64,000 nt of DNA from an uncultured virus (IMG/VR IMGVR_UViG_3300033074_000309) (lineage: Duplodnaviria; Heunggongvirae; Uroviricota; Caudoviricetes): IMG/VR virus record IMGVR_UViG_3300033074_000309; one strand, given 5' to 3'. The position numbers were made by a program, and so were the translations under genes. How positions within the stretch are numbered: the stretch's first letter is position 1; each line of letters starts with the position of its first letter. A model generated the notes under the pieces. That model did not search any database. It was not told the origin of the DNA and saw nothing but the letters and a program-made list of their open reading frames with translations. Below, in pieces: positions 20,318-28,837 of this stretch.

Positions 20318-20899
20318 ATGACAAAAGTAGCAACAACAATCGCGACATTAGTAGCAGGACAAGTATTATTAGCATCAGCACGTAGAGTAGCAGGTGATAA
20401 AGTACAATTAGAATTTGCAGAGATCATTGTAAATCCTAAGTCTTCAACAAACGTATTAGCAGAATTAAATGCTGATGATGACCGCTTTGCAGCTGGTAAA
20501 AAAGGAGCTCGTAGAGCATATTTAACTGCATCACCAAGTTTAGCAGAAGCTCATTTTGGTATCAAACTTGCAGATTTAAATGCAGATGGAAGTAAAACTG
20601 AATACAACATCTTAAATCCTGAATTGAAAGGAATGAAATTACGTATGCAAATCTCAGAGAAATTTGAAGGTTCAGCATATGAGATGGAAAACTCTCAAAA
20701 AACAGCTAAACAATACAAAGACAACAAAGGTGTTGTTAAGTATTTTGTTAAAGACGGTAAATTAATCTTCAGTGAAGCAACAATGGTTACAAATGAACCT
20801 AAGCATAAAATTATTGAGAGTGATTCTCAATTAACTTGGGATGAATATGTAGCTTCAAAAGTTGAATCTACTGTTGAATCAGCTTTAAATGCTGAATAA
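20318..20899 (+). CDS. Hypothetical protein, probably highly expressed
   Basis: 193 aa; biased codons; AGAAATCATG context. Confidence 0.65.
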   Translation: MTKVATTIATLVAGQVLLASARRVAGDKVQLEFAEIIVNPKSSTNVLAELNADDDRFAAGKKGARRAYLTASPSLAEAHFGIKLADLNADGSKTEYNILNPELKGMKLRMQISEKFEGSAYEMENSQKTAKQYKDNKGVVKYFVKDGKLIFSEATMVTNEPKHKIIESDSQLTWDEYVASKVESTVESALNAE

Positions 20900-20942
20900 A
20901 TAAACTTAAATCCTGCTATTAATTTAGTGGGGTTTATTTTAC

Positions 20943-21015
20943 ACATCACTAACTCAACTGGTAGAGTGCTGCTCTCCAAAAGCAGAAGTTCGAGGTTCAA
21001 ATCCTTGGTGGTGTG
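20943..21015 (+). tRNA. tRNA-Trp(CCA)
   Basis: ACATCAC/GTGGTGT acceptor, ACTC/GAGT D stem, CTGCT-CTCCAAA-AGCAG anticodon arm, CGAGG-TTCAAAT-CCTTG T arm. Confidence 0.9.
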
Positions 21016-21206
21016 CTAATTACTAATAGTATTTGTAAGGTATTTATATAAAGTATATTCAGCAATCATCCCATTAGAGTATAATGATTATTAATTTATT
21101 AATAAAAATTGTTACGCATATGGCCATTAACTGTGAGAAATATATAAAACAAACTCAACAACTATTAGTAATTTTCATATTAATTACTAATTTAAAACTT
21201 AAAATT

Positions 21207-21410
21207 ATGCAAAAGGTACAAACTAACATAGATCACAATATTAATGAGACTGAATTTAAGCAAATAATAGCTCTTACAGCATCATTAATTAAATATCAAG
21301 GTAAAGAGTATCTTGATAAATTAAAAGCTTTAAATGCAGGATATGAAATTCCTACAGTGAAATTCATATCTGAAAGAGAGTTACAAACTAAACAGGTAGA
21401 AAAATGTTAA
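21207..21410 (+). CDS. Hypothetical protein
   Basis: C-terminal part of ORF 21084..21410; likely start MQKVQT (coordinate approximate). Confidence 0.45.
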   Translation: MQKVQTNIDHNINETEFKQIIALTASLIKYQGKEYLDKLKALNAGYEIPTVKFISERELQTKQVEKC

Positions 21411-21595
21411 AAACAATAACACTTAACGAGTATGAAAAACTATTAAATGTACATGATTGGTATTACATGATGAGTGAAGATCAATATGTATATGCTAAAG
21501 GTGCATATAAACAACAAGAGTTAAAAGCATTAGCTACTACAGATGAATTAAAAGAAATGTTTGAATATTATCAAGCTAAACATAAAATAAATTAA
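21404..21595 (+). CDS. Small hypothetical protein (HDWYY..S.D family)
   Basis: LL..HDWYY.MS.D..VY.KG motif seen in phage proteins. Confidence 0.6.
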   Translation: MLKTITLNEYEKLLNVHDWYYMMSEDQYVYAKGAYKQQELKALATTDELKEMFEYYQAKHKIN

Positions 21596-21603
21596 AAATA
21601 TAA

Positions 21604-21660
21604 AGACTACACACAGCAAATTTAAAACTTTCAATTGGTGAAACAAAAAAAGTAGTCTGT
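21604..21660 (+). ncRNA. CAGCAA-module small RNA, copy A
   Basis: AGACTAC/GTAGTCT stem + ACA + CAGCAAA; inner hairpin TTTC-AATTGGT-GAAA; ends in CTGT. Confidence 0.6.
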
Positions 21661-21668
21661 TATTATTT

Positions 21669-21783
21669 GGGGGAATAGCTCAGTTGGTAGAGCAATGAAA
21701 AAATGTATTTAGAAATAAATACCTACAGCAAAATTATCTGCATTTTAAGCCATTGGCCCTAGGTTCGAGTCCTAGTTCCCCCA
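21669..21783 (+). tRNA. tRNA-Lys(TTT)-like gene with a 42-nt insertion (21698-21739) in the anticodon stem
   Basis: Perfect acceptor GGGGGAA/TTCCCCC, D arm and T arm; removing the insertion gives ATGGC-ATTTTAA-GCCAT and a 73-nt tRNA. Confidence 0.8.
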
Positions 21784-21826
21784 CATTAATAACCAAAATT
21801 AATTATTAACATTTAAACTAAAAACT

Positions 21827-23239
21827 ATGTCAAAATTATTAAAAGCCTTGGTTAAAGAAGAAAGTAAAAATACCACAGAAAATGGTATGAAAACATTTAC
21901 AACATCATTAAATGCAAATTTAGATTTATTTTTTATGGGTGGTGCATTTAGAAAAAGATCTGAAGAAGATTTAATTGCTTTATTTATTAAAGCATATTAT
22001 GAAGATCCAAAACTATCATTAAAGATATTAGCATATATCAGAGATTGTAGAGGAGGATTAGGAGAACGTAGATTCTTTAGAGTAGCTATTAAACATTTAG
22101 CTAAAAGTAATAAACCATTTAATATAGGATATATACCTGAATTAGGACGATGGGATGATTTATTTAAACTATTTGATACATCATTTGAGAAAGATGCTCT
22201 AAATGTAATTAAACAAGGTTTAGAAGCATCTAATGCGTTATGTGCTAAATGGATGCCTAGAAAAGGTATTATAGCTAATAAAATACGTAAATCTTTAGAA
22301 TTAACACCTAAAGAATATCGTAAAGTATTAGTTAAATTAACTAATGTTGTTGAAACAACTATGTGTAATAAAGAATGGTCTGCTATTAATTATTCACATG
22401 TACCTTCAGTAGCTAATATTAAATATAATAAAGCATTTTTACGTAATGATGAAGAAAGACGTAGAGAGTTTTTAGGTAAAGCTGTTAAAGGTGAAGTTAA
22501 AATTAACTCAAGTGTATCTTATCCTCATGATCTTATTGAGATGATGATTGATAATACAAGAAGTACACAAGAAAATCATAACCTTAAACCTAAACGCAAT
22601 GATACAGCTATTGCTATGTGGAATCAATTACCTGATTATATTGGTGAATCTAAAATTAATTTACTACCTATTTGTGATACAAGTGGAAGTATGAGTGGTG
22701 ATCCATTTTTAATTAGTGTTGGATTAGGATTATATATATCTGAAAGAACTAAAGGTATATTTAAAGATGCTTATATTACTTTTAGTGATAATCCATATTT
22801 ACAATATACTAAAGGTGATTTATTTGAAAGAATTTCACAAATGAAAGCTCATCATCCAAGTAATACAAATTTAGAAGCTACTTTTGAATTAGTATTAGAT
22901 ACAGCTGTAAAAAATAGAATTTCTCAAGAAGAAATGCCAACACATTTATTAATAATTAGTGATATGGAATTTGATCAAGCAACTAGAGCAAATCATACTG
23001 CTTTAAAAATGATTAAAGATAAATACAAATTAGCTAATTATGAAATGCCTAATATTATCTTCTGGAATGTGAATTCAAGACAAGATAATGTACCTGTAAG
23101 ATTTGATAAAAACGGTGTAGGTTTAATATCTGGTGCTTCTCCAGCAGCAATTAAAGCAGTACTTAGTGGTGATATTACACCTATGAGTATTCTATATAGA
23201 GCTGTTAATAAAGAGAAATATGAGAAATTCATAGTATAA
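21827..23239 (+). CDS. DUF2828-family helical-repeat plus vWA protein (Ro60/TROVE-like architecture)
   Basis: TENG...T..N..LDLFF, RD.RGGLGER, G.WDDL, AKW.PR, INYS.VPS.A; vWA MIDAS CDTSGSM, IISDMEFD, IFWNV. Confidence 0.8.
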   Translation: MSKLLKALVKEESKNTTENGMKTFTTSLNANLDLFFMGGAFRKRSEEDLIALFIKAYYEDPKLSLKILAYIRDCRGGLGERRFFRVAIKHLAKSNKPFNIGYIPELGRWDDLFKLFDTSFEKDALNVIKQGLEASNALCAKWMPRKGIIANKIRKSLELTPKEYRKVLVKLTNVVETTMCNKEWSAINYSHVPSVANIKYNKAFLRNDEERRREFLGKAVKGEVKINSSVSYPHDLIEMMIDNTRSTQENHNLKPKRNDTAIAMWNQLPDYIGESKINLLPICDTSGSMSGDPFLISVGLGLYISERTKGIFKDAYITFSDNPYLQYTKGDLFERISQMKAHHPSNTNLEATFELVLDTAVKNRISQEEMPTHLLIISDMEFDQATRANHTALKMIKDKYKLANYEMPNIIFWNVNSRQDNVPVRFDKNGVGLISGASPAAIKAVLSGDITPMSILYRAVNKEKYEKFIV

Positions 23240-23245
23240 CATTAA

Positions 23246-23312
23246 AGGAATGGAACTGCAAATTTAAACAAACATCAAATTTTTAACTTGAAGCGTTAAA
23301 CAACATTCCTGT
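23246..23312 (+). ncRNA. CWGCAA-module small RNA, copy C
   Basis: AGGAATG/CATTCCT stem + GAA + CTGCAAA; inner TCAA-A-TTTTTAA-C-TTGA; ends in CTGT. Confidence 0.55.
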
Positions 23313-23319
23313 ATACATT

Positions 23320-23378
23320 AGGTAACTTCCAGCAACTTAAAAATTTTCAATGCTTATGAAAAACAATAAGTTACCTGT
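23320..23378 (+). ncRNA. CAGCAA-module small RNA, copy D
   Basis: AGGTAAC/GTTACCT stem + TTC + CAGCAAC; inner TTTTCA-ATGCTTA-TGAAAA; ends in CTGT. Confidence 0.6.
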
Positions 23379-23384
23379 ATTATT

Positions 23385-23420
23385 AGTAATCTCTTGTAGA
23401 AATATGAGAGATTACTTTTT
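23385..23420 (+). terminator. Terminator closing the DUF2828/small-RNA unit
   Basis: AGTAATCTCT...AGAGATTACT followed by a T run. Confidence 0.65.
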
Positions 23421-23643
23421 ATAAACTTTATAAACAATTAAATTATGAAAAACAAGGATAAACAAAAAGTAAAGAAAATTAAAAATGTATTAACTTCTAA
23501 TGTTGAAGAATGTGATGGATTTAAAATCACAAGAATCAATGGTGTAGCTCATATAGAAGTTAATTAAGATATAACATGAATGACACACCTGAATAGTTTG
23601 CTCAGTACTAAATGGTTACGGATATAATAAATCTGAGCTTCAT

Positions 23644-24050
23644 GGGGCTAGCCAGGTATTTGCTCTTTTGATTATTAATTAACAAGCAGGTAGTGAGATG
23701 TTATCTATCACTTTAATCTATGATTTCAAGCTGTAACAGGCAACGTGGTAATCACTAACGAACTAGGCACAAGTGCAGACTTAGCCTTTTTAGTTACAAA
23801 ACAGCCAACTTCTGCAAAAGTGATTCAATTCACACCTACTCCTAAAGTAGAAGAGTTAGAGTTAGTAGCCTAATTTAGGAACACAATTTGATGAGCAGTG
23901 TGTATAAATAAATGTCAGTCTAACTTTGATAGTTTAATTAAAAACAAACTGTATATTCTGCTATAGAAGAAAAAAATTAGCTAAACTTGTAGAAAATTAA
24001 TTAAGTGAATTGGAAGAAACGAGGGTTCGACTCCCTCCTAGCCTCCACTA
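23644..24050 (+). ncRNA. ssrA: tmRNA (phage-encoded, divergent)
   Basis: 5' GGGGCTAG; 3' T arm GAGGG-TTCGACT-CCCTC then TAGCCTCCA; tag reading frame 23739-23873 after TAACA, ending ...ELELVA*. Confidence 0.8.
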
Positions 24051-24723
24051 GTAAAATAATAAATCAAATATGGAGTAATTAGCCATAACTTTAATAGTGC
24101 TGACCCTAAGCAATCATACAAATTGGCCAATAATTGAGTGATTACTGGGAGGAAATTTATAAGATATAAGCTTTAAAAAAGTAATATTGAAGATAAAAGT
24201 ACAGACCATAAATCTTATGAAAATTGATTATGTAAAGCAGATTTATTATTTTACAACACAATGCTTTCCTAGTTTACTTAGAAACTAGGTTAAATGTTAA
24301 ATTAAAATATAATGTTTCTTTACAAGTTATTAGTAATATAAGAACTAGAAAAGGAATATTGTATAAAAAAATTGGTTTAGAAGAGAACCAATTGGTGGAC
24401 TACTGATAATCGGTGGGCTCTGGGCTGATATAGAAATGTATCAGCTCTTTTTTAAAACCTTTAAAACCTCAAATATGAAACAAACAACTAATCTTAAAAG
24501 GAGTTAGTGAACCCTACCTGTAATAAGGTCGTAAATGGGTTTAATGAATAGCATTCAGCAACTCCTTTTACCTTATTATTAATCATTAAAAACAAAAACT
24601 ATTATGAAAAAATTAAAACTATTTTTAGCTATTTTAAGCTTATTTACACTATATTGCTATTAATTAAATTTATTTAATAAACTATAAACTTTATAAACAA
24701 ATCAAACAATAACCACTAAAACA

Positions 24724-24776
24724 AAGCCTTAAACAACTATGAACATTAAATAAACAGTTGTTTAGGGCTTTTTTTA
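24724..24776 (+). terminator. Terminator hairpin
   Basis: AAAGCCTTAAACAACT...AGTTGTTTAGGGCTTT followed by a T run. Confidence 0.6.
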
Positions 24777-24797
24777 CTAACCGATTATAAATAAATT

Positions 24798-25088
24798 ATG
24801 TCAAAAAATAAAATTAAAACAAAATACACTAAAGCAGATATTGCTACAATTAACAAAGCTTATTTTACAAAAGTAGAAGAATACTCAAAACTTTCTTTAG
24901 AAGAACTAAAGGAATTATATCCTTCATTAGGAGGAACGTATGAAATAGCTTGTTTAGAAGTAACTAATAAAAAGTTACAAGAATTAAAACAACAGAATTT
25001 AACTGAAGCTATCAATGATGTTAAAAATAACATTGAAGAAGCTGTAATTATTGATGAACCAACTACTAATACTGAAACACATGAATAA
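24798..25088 (+). CDS. Hypothetical protein
   Basis: First ORF of a long coupled operon. Confidence 0.55.
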   Translation: MSKNKIKTKYTKADIATINKAYFTKVEEYSKLSLEELKELYPSLGGTYEIACLEVTNKKLQELKQQNLTEAINDVKNNIEEAVIIDEPTTNTETHE

Positions 25089-25299
25089 AGAATATTTAAA
25101 AGCAGGAGAATATTATTGCTGGAATTATGATTCATTTATTACTGAAGAAGAAACTACTAAAGAAGAATCTCCAAGAAAAGTTAAAGTAGAATTAGATTCT
25201 AGAGCATATTCATTAGATGAAATATCTAAAGTAATTAATGCTAATTATGAAAAAGAAGATGCATTAGAGATTATTAAAACCATTAAATCTATTAAGTAA
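25081..25299 (+). CDS. Hypothetical protein
   Basis: ATG at 25081 overlaps the upstream stop. Confidence 0.5.
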   Translation: MNKEYLKAGEYYCWNYDSFITEEETTKEESPRKVKVELDSRAYSLDEISKVINANYEKEDALEIIKTIKSIK

Positions 25300-25643
25300 T
25301 GAAAAAGTATAAATTAATTAAAGAATATCCAGGTTCTCCTAAATTAGATACCATAATTATTCATAAAGATAATAGTTGGATAGATCCTTATCCTAGTGTA
25401 GAACATGATCAAATGATACTTATAGATTGGGTTATTAAATATCCTCAATATTGGGAAGAAATTACTGAAAAAGATTATGAAATATTATCTTTTAAATGTA
25501 ATAATAATATTTGGCAATTAAAAAATAATAAATATTATTATAATCATATGATTTATGATTTAGATTATATGTTAGAATGTATAACAGCGGTATGTAATCC
25601 AACAATAATTCATTCAATTAAACGTCTTTCAGATGGTGAATAG
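25299..25643 (+). CDS. N-terminal half of a gene split by an HNH insertion
   Basis: Starts KYKLIKEYPGSP; ends IHSIKRLSDGE*, and the motif continues as IFTIGD in ORF 26334. Confidence 0.6.
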   Translation: MKKYKLIKEYPGSPKLDTIIIHKDNSWIDPYPSVEHDQMILIDWVIKYPQYWEEITEKDYEILSFKCNNNIWQLKNNKYYYNHMIYDLDYMLECITAVCNPTIIHSIKRLSDGE

Positions 25644-25661
25644 TAAAATATAAAAATTTAT

Positions 25662-25692
25662 TTTGTACTTTGAATAATTATGTATATCTTTG
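25662..25692 (+). promoter_or_regulatory. Bacteroidota-type promoter (representative copy)
   Basis: TTTG-N19-TATCTTTG; equivalent -7 boxes at 28802, 33958, 42848, 50993, 53700, 55123 (+) and 16668, 17067 (-). Confidence 0.75.
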
Positions 25693-25714
25693 TATTTATT
25701 AAAATAATATAAAG

Positions 25715-26347
25715 ATGAAAAAATTAAATTTAGAATTTTTAGGATTACCAGAACATGAAATTTATGAAAATGGTATAATTAAAAGTATTGATAGAATTAT
25801 TGATACTAAATCAGGTAAAAGAATAATGAAAGGTAAAATAATGTCAAGTAAACCAGGAATACAAGGGTATCCACATATCACCTTAAATTATAAAGGAAAA
25901 TATAAAGGATATGGATTACATAGATTATTAGCTATTTGTTTTATACCAAATCCAAATAATTATCCTTGTGTTAATCATAAAGATGGTAATAAACTAAATT
26001 ATTCATTAGACAATCTTGAATGGTGTACTCATGTTAAAAATATTAGACATGCTTATCAAAATGGTTTAACACCAATAAGAAAAGGTATCAACAATAAATC
26101 TAGTGTTTTAAACCCTGAAAAAATTAATCAAATATTGGATATAGTTAAAAATACAGAAATTTCATATAAAGAAATTGGAAAGATTTTTAATGTTTCTAGT
26201 AGTTGTATTGGTGATATTGTTAAAGGTAAAACTTGGAATAATAATAAATTTTCAATACAAGATTTAGAGGATTTTATAAATTCTAATAAAATAGAAAGTA
26301 CAAAAGAATTAATTTTAAAATTAAAAGAAAATTATGGAGAAAAATAA
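25715..26347 (+). CDS. NUMOD4-HNH homing endonuclease
   Basis: HRLLA..FIPNPNNYP.VNHKDGNKLN....NLEWCT...N..HA; C-terminal HTH; own promoter. Confidence 0.9.
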   Translation: MKKLNLEFLGLPEHEIYENGIIKSIDRIIDTKSGKRIMKGKIMSSKPGIQGYPHITLNYKGKYKGYGLHRLLAICFIPNPNNYPCVNHKDGNKLNYSLDNLEWCTHVKNIRHAYQNGLTPIRKGINNKSSVLNPEKINQILDIVKNTEISYKEIGKIFNVSSSCIGDIVKGKTWNNNKFSIQDLEDFINSNKIESTKELILKLKENYGEK

Positions 26348-26813
26348 AGATATTTTTACTATTGGTGATAACACTAATTGTGGTATTATAAAAACATTTG
26401 AAAAATCTGGAGATATGATTAGGGTTTATTTTGAAGATAAACCTATAAATTATCATGTAAACTTAAAAATTTTAGAACATTGTAAACAACCATCATTTAC
26501 AACTGAAGATGGTGTTGATATATTTGAAAATGATATTTATTATGTAATTAATATTTTAGGAAGTAATGGAAATCCAAATGAATTTAAAATTTTTAGAATT
26601 GATCTTTTGGAGACTATAAATAATAATGATAAAAATTGTTATAAATGTAATCACATTAAAACATTTTCAACTAAAGAAAAAGCCCAAAAATATATTGATT
26701 TACATAAACCTAAGTATAGTTTAAATGATATTGAAAATTGTTTAATGTCTACAGCTATAACATATTTTCAACATAAAGTATTAGAAGATAATTTAAAACA
26801 ATTAAATAAATAA
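26334..26813 (+). CDS. C-terminal half of the split hypothetical gene
   Basis: IFTIGD...FTTEDGVDIFE.D...FSTKEKA..YI..KP.YSLND. Confidence 0.6.
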   Translation: MEKNKDIFTIGDNTNCGIIKTFEKSGDMIRVYFEDKPINYHVNLKILEHCKQPSFTTEDGVDIFENDIYYVINILGSNGNPNEFKIFRIDLLETINNNDKNCYKCNHIKTFSTKEKAQKYIDLHKPKYSLNDIENCLMSTAITYFQHKVLEDNLKQLNK

Positions 26814-28789
26814 TGGTAGAAGTATATGATATTGAAACATTAAAACCTATGTTTTCATATGTAGGTTTTAATGTTCATTCTAAGACACTTTCTAAATTTG
26901 TAATATCCGAGTATCAAAATGATTTAAAACCTCTTATAAAGCATTTAAATAACCTTAAAGGACAAATTGGTTATAACAATCTATCATTTGATGCTCAGGT
27001 AATACAATTTATATTAGTTAATTGGGATGATTGGTTAGATTTAACATCATTAGAAATTTGTAAATTAATTTATAATTATTCACAATATGTAATTAATAAA
27101 GCTAATAACAATGAATTTTTAGATTATCCTGAATGGAAATTAATTATTAAACAATTAGATTTATTTAAAATTTGGCATTTTAATAACAAAGCCAAAATGA
27201 CTGGATTAAAATGGGTGGAATTTTCAATAGATTTCCCAAATATTGAAGAAATGAATGTACCTCATAATATTGATAAATTAAGTCAAGAAGAAATTGAAGG
27301 AGTTTTATCTTATAATGTTAATGACGTAATGGCTACTTATGAATTTTATTTAATTACAATTGGTCAAACTGAACATCCATTATATAAAGGTATTGATAAA
27401 ATAAACTTAAGAAAAGATATTCAAAATGAATTTGGTATTAAATGTATTAATTATAATGATGTTAAAATTGGTGATGAATTAAATAAATTAGGTTATTTAA
27501 CTAAAATTAGTAAAAAAGATGATAAAGATTTTATTAAATATCAATTAAAACCTAAAAATGTTAAAACTGAATTTACATTTGGTGATTGTATACCTAATTA
27601 TGTAAATTTTAAAACAGAAAAATTTAATTTATTTTTCAATAATGTTAGAAAGCAAAAAGTTGATTTAAAATCTAAACAAGAGTTTAATTTAGAACATAAT
27701 GGTACTACATATACTATTATGAAAGGTGGAATTCATAGTCAAGATAAACCTAGAATTGTACAACCTAATGATAATGAAATACTTAGAGATGCTGATATTG
27801 GTTCTCAATATCCAAATGGTATTAGAAAAAGAGAATTAAATCCTTCACATTTAAGTAAAGTTTGGTTAGAGCAATATGTAGATACTATTCAAAGACGTTT
27901 AGATGCTAAGAAATTATATAAACAAACCAAAGACCCTAAATATCAAGCTATTCAAGAAGCTTATAAATTAGCTTTAAATGGTGGTGGTTTTGGTAAAACA
28001 GGTGAAGAATCTAGTTGGCAATATGACCCATTTGTAAGTATGTGTGTTACTATTGGAAATCAATTTGAAATTTTAATGTTAATTGAAATGTTAGAATTAA
28101 ATGGGATACATATTATTAGTGCTAATACAGATGGTATAGTTAGTTTATTTGATAAAAATTTAAATGAAACATATTATCAAACATGTAAAGAATGGGAATT
28201 AATTGTTGGTAATGAAGATTTAGGTCAATTGGAATATGCTGATTATTCTTTATTAGTTCAAACATCAGTAAATGATTATTTAGCTATTAAAGTTGGTGAA
28301 TCTAAACCTAAGTGCAAAGGTGATTTTGTAAGTGAATTTGAGATTCATAAAAATAAATCAGCTAGAATTATACCATTAGCTTTACAAAATTATTATTCAA
28401 ATAAAATAAATATTGAAGAAACAATATTAAAACATGATAATATTTTTGATTTTTGTTTGGGAGTAAAATCAAAAAGTGATTCAAAATTAATTCATTCAAA
28501 TCCTAAAACAAATGAAGAAATTGAATTACAGAAAATAAATAGATATTATATATCTACAGATGGATTCAATTTATTAAAAAGAATGAAACCATTAGAGAAT
28601 AAAAAAGGTTCTGGTCAATTAGATATATTTGGAAATATAGATGATGGTACAAGAGAATCTGAAGTTGAAGCTGGTTGGTTAACCACTATTTACAATAAAC
28701 ATATCATTAAAAATATAGAAGATTATAATATTGATTATTCATTTTATATTCAAAAAGCAAATAAAATTATAAATAATATTGGAAAATAA
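26813..28789 (+). CDS. DNA polymerase, family B (crAss-like)
   Basis: Exonuclease YDIET, GYN..FD, YN.NDV; polymerase motifs DIGSQYPN, K..LNG..GK, SANTDG. Confidence 0.92.
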   Translation: MVEVYDIETLKPMFSYVGFNVHSKTLSKFVISEYQNDLKPLIKHLNNLKGQIGYNNLSFDAQVIQFILVNWDDWLDLTSLEICKLIYNYSQYVINKANNNEFLDYPEWKLIIKQLDLFKIWHFNNKAKMTGLKWVEFSIDFPNIEEMNVPHNIDKLSQEEIEGVLSYNVNDVMATYEFYLITIGQTEHPLYKGIDKINLRKDIQNEFGIKCINYNDVKIGDELNKLGYLTKISKKDDKDFIKYQLKPKNVKTEFTFGDCIPNYVNFKTEKFNLFFNNVRKQKVDLKSKQEFNLEHNGTTYTIMKGGIHSQDKPRIVQPNDNEILRDADIGSQYPNGIRKRELNPSHLSKVWLEQYVDTIQRRLDAKKLYKQTKDPKYQAIQEAYKLALNGGGFGKTGEESSWQYDPFVSMCVTIGNQFEILMLIEMLELNGIHIISANTDGIVSLFDKNLNETYYQTCKEWELIVGNEDLGQLEYADYSLLVQTSVNDYLAIKVGESKPKCKGDFVSEFEIHKNKSARIIPLALQNYYSNKINIEETILKHDNIFDFCLGVKSKSDSKLIHSNPKTNEEIELQKINRYYISTDGFNLLKRMKPLENKKGSGQLDIFGNIDDGTRESEVEAGWLTTIYNKHIIKNIEDYNIDYSFYIQKANKIINNIGK

Positions 28790-28837
28790 TAGAAATTATA
28801 TTATATTTGCATAATAACATTCTTTAATATAAAAAAT

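Noticed and set aside
21604..23378. CRISPR array interpretation of the CAGCAA repeats
   Set aside because: No identical direct repeats with regular spacers; only structure and a 6-nt motif are conserved; no cas genes.
25641..26360. Group I intron or T4 gene-60-style ribosomal bypass joining the split gene
   Set aside because: No ribozyme core, no matched take-off and landing codon that restores the motif, and the gap is about 710 nt.
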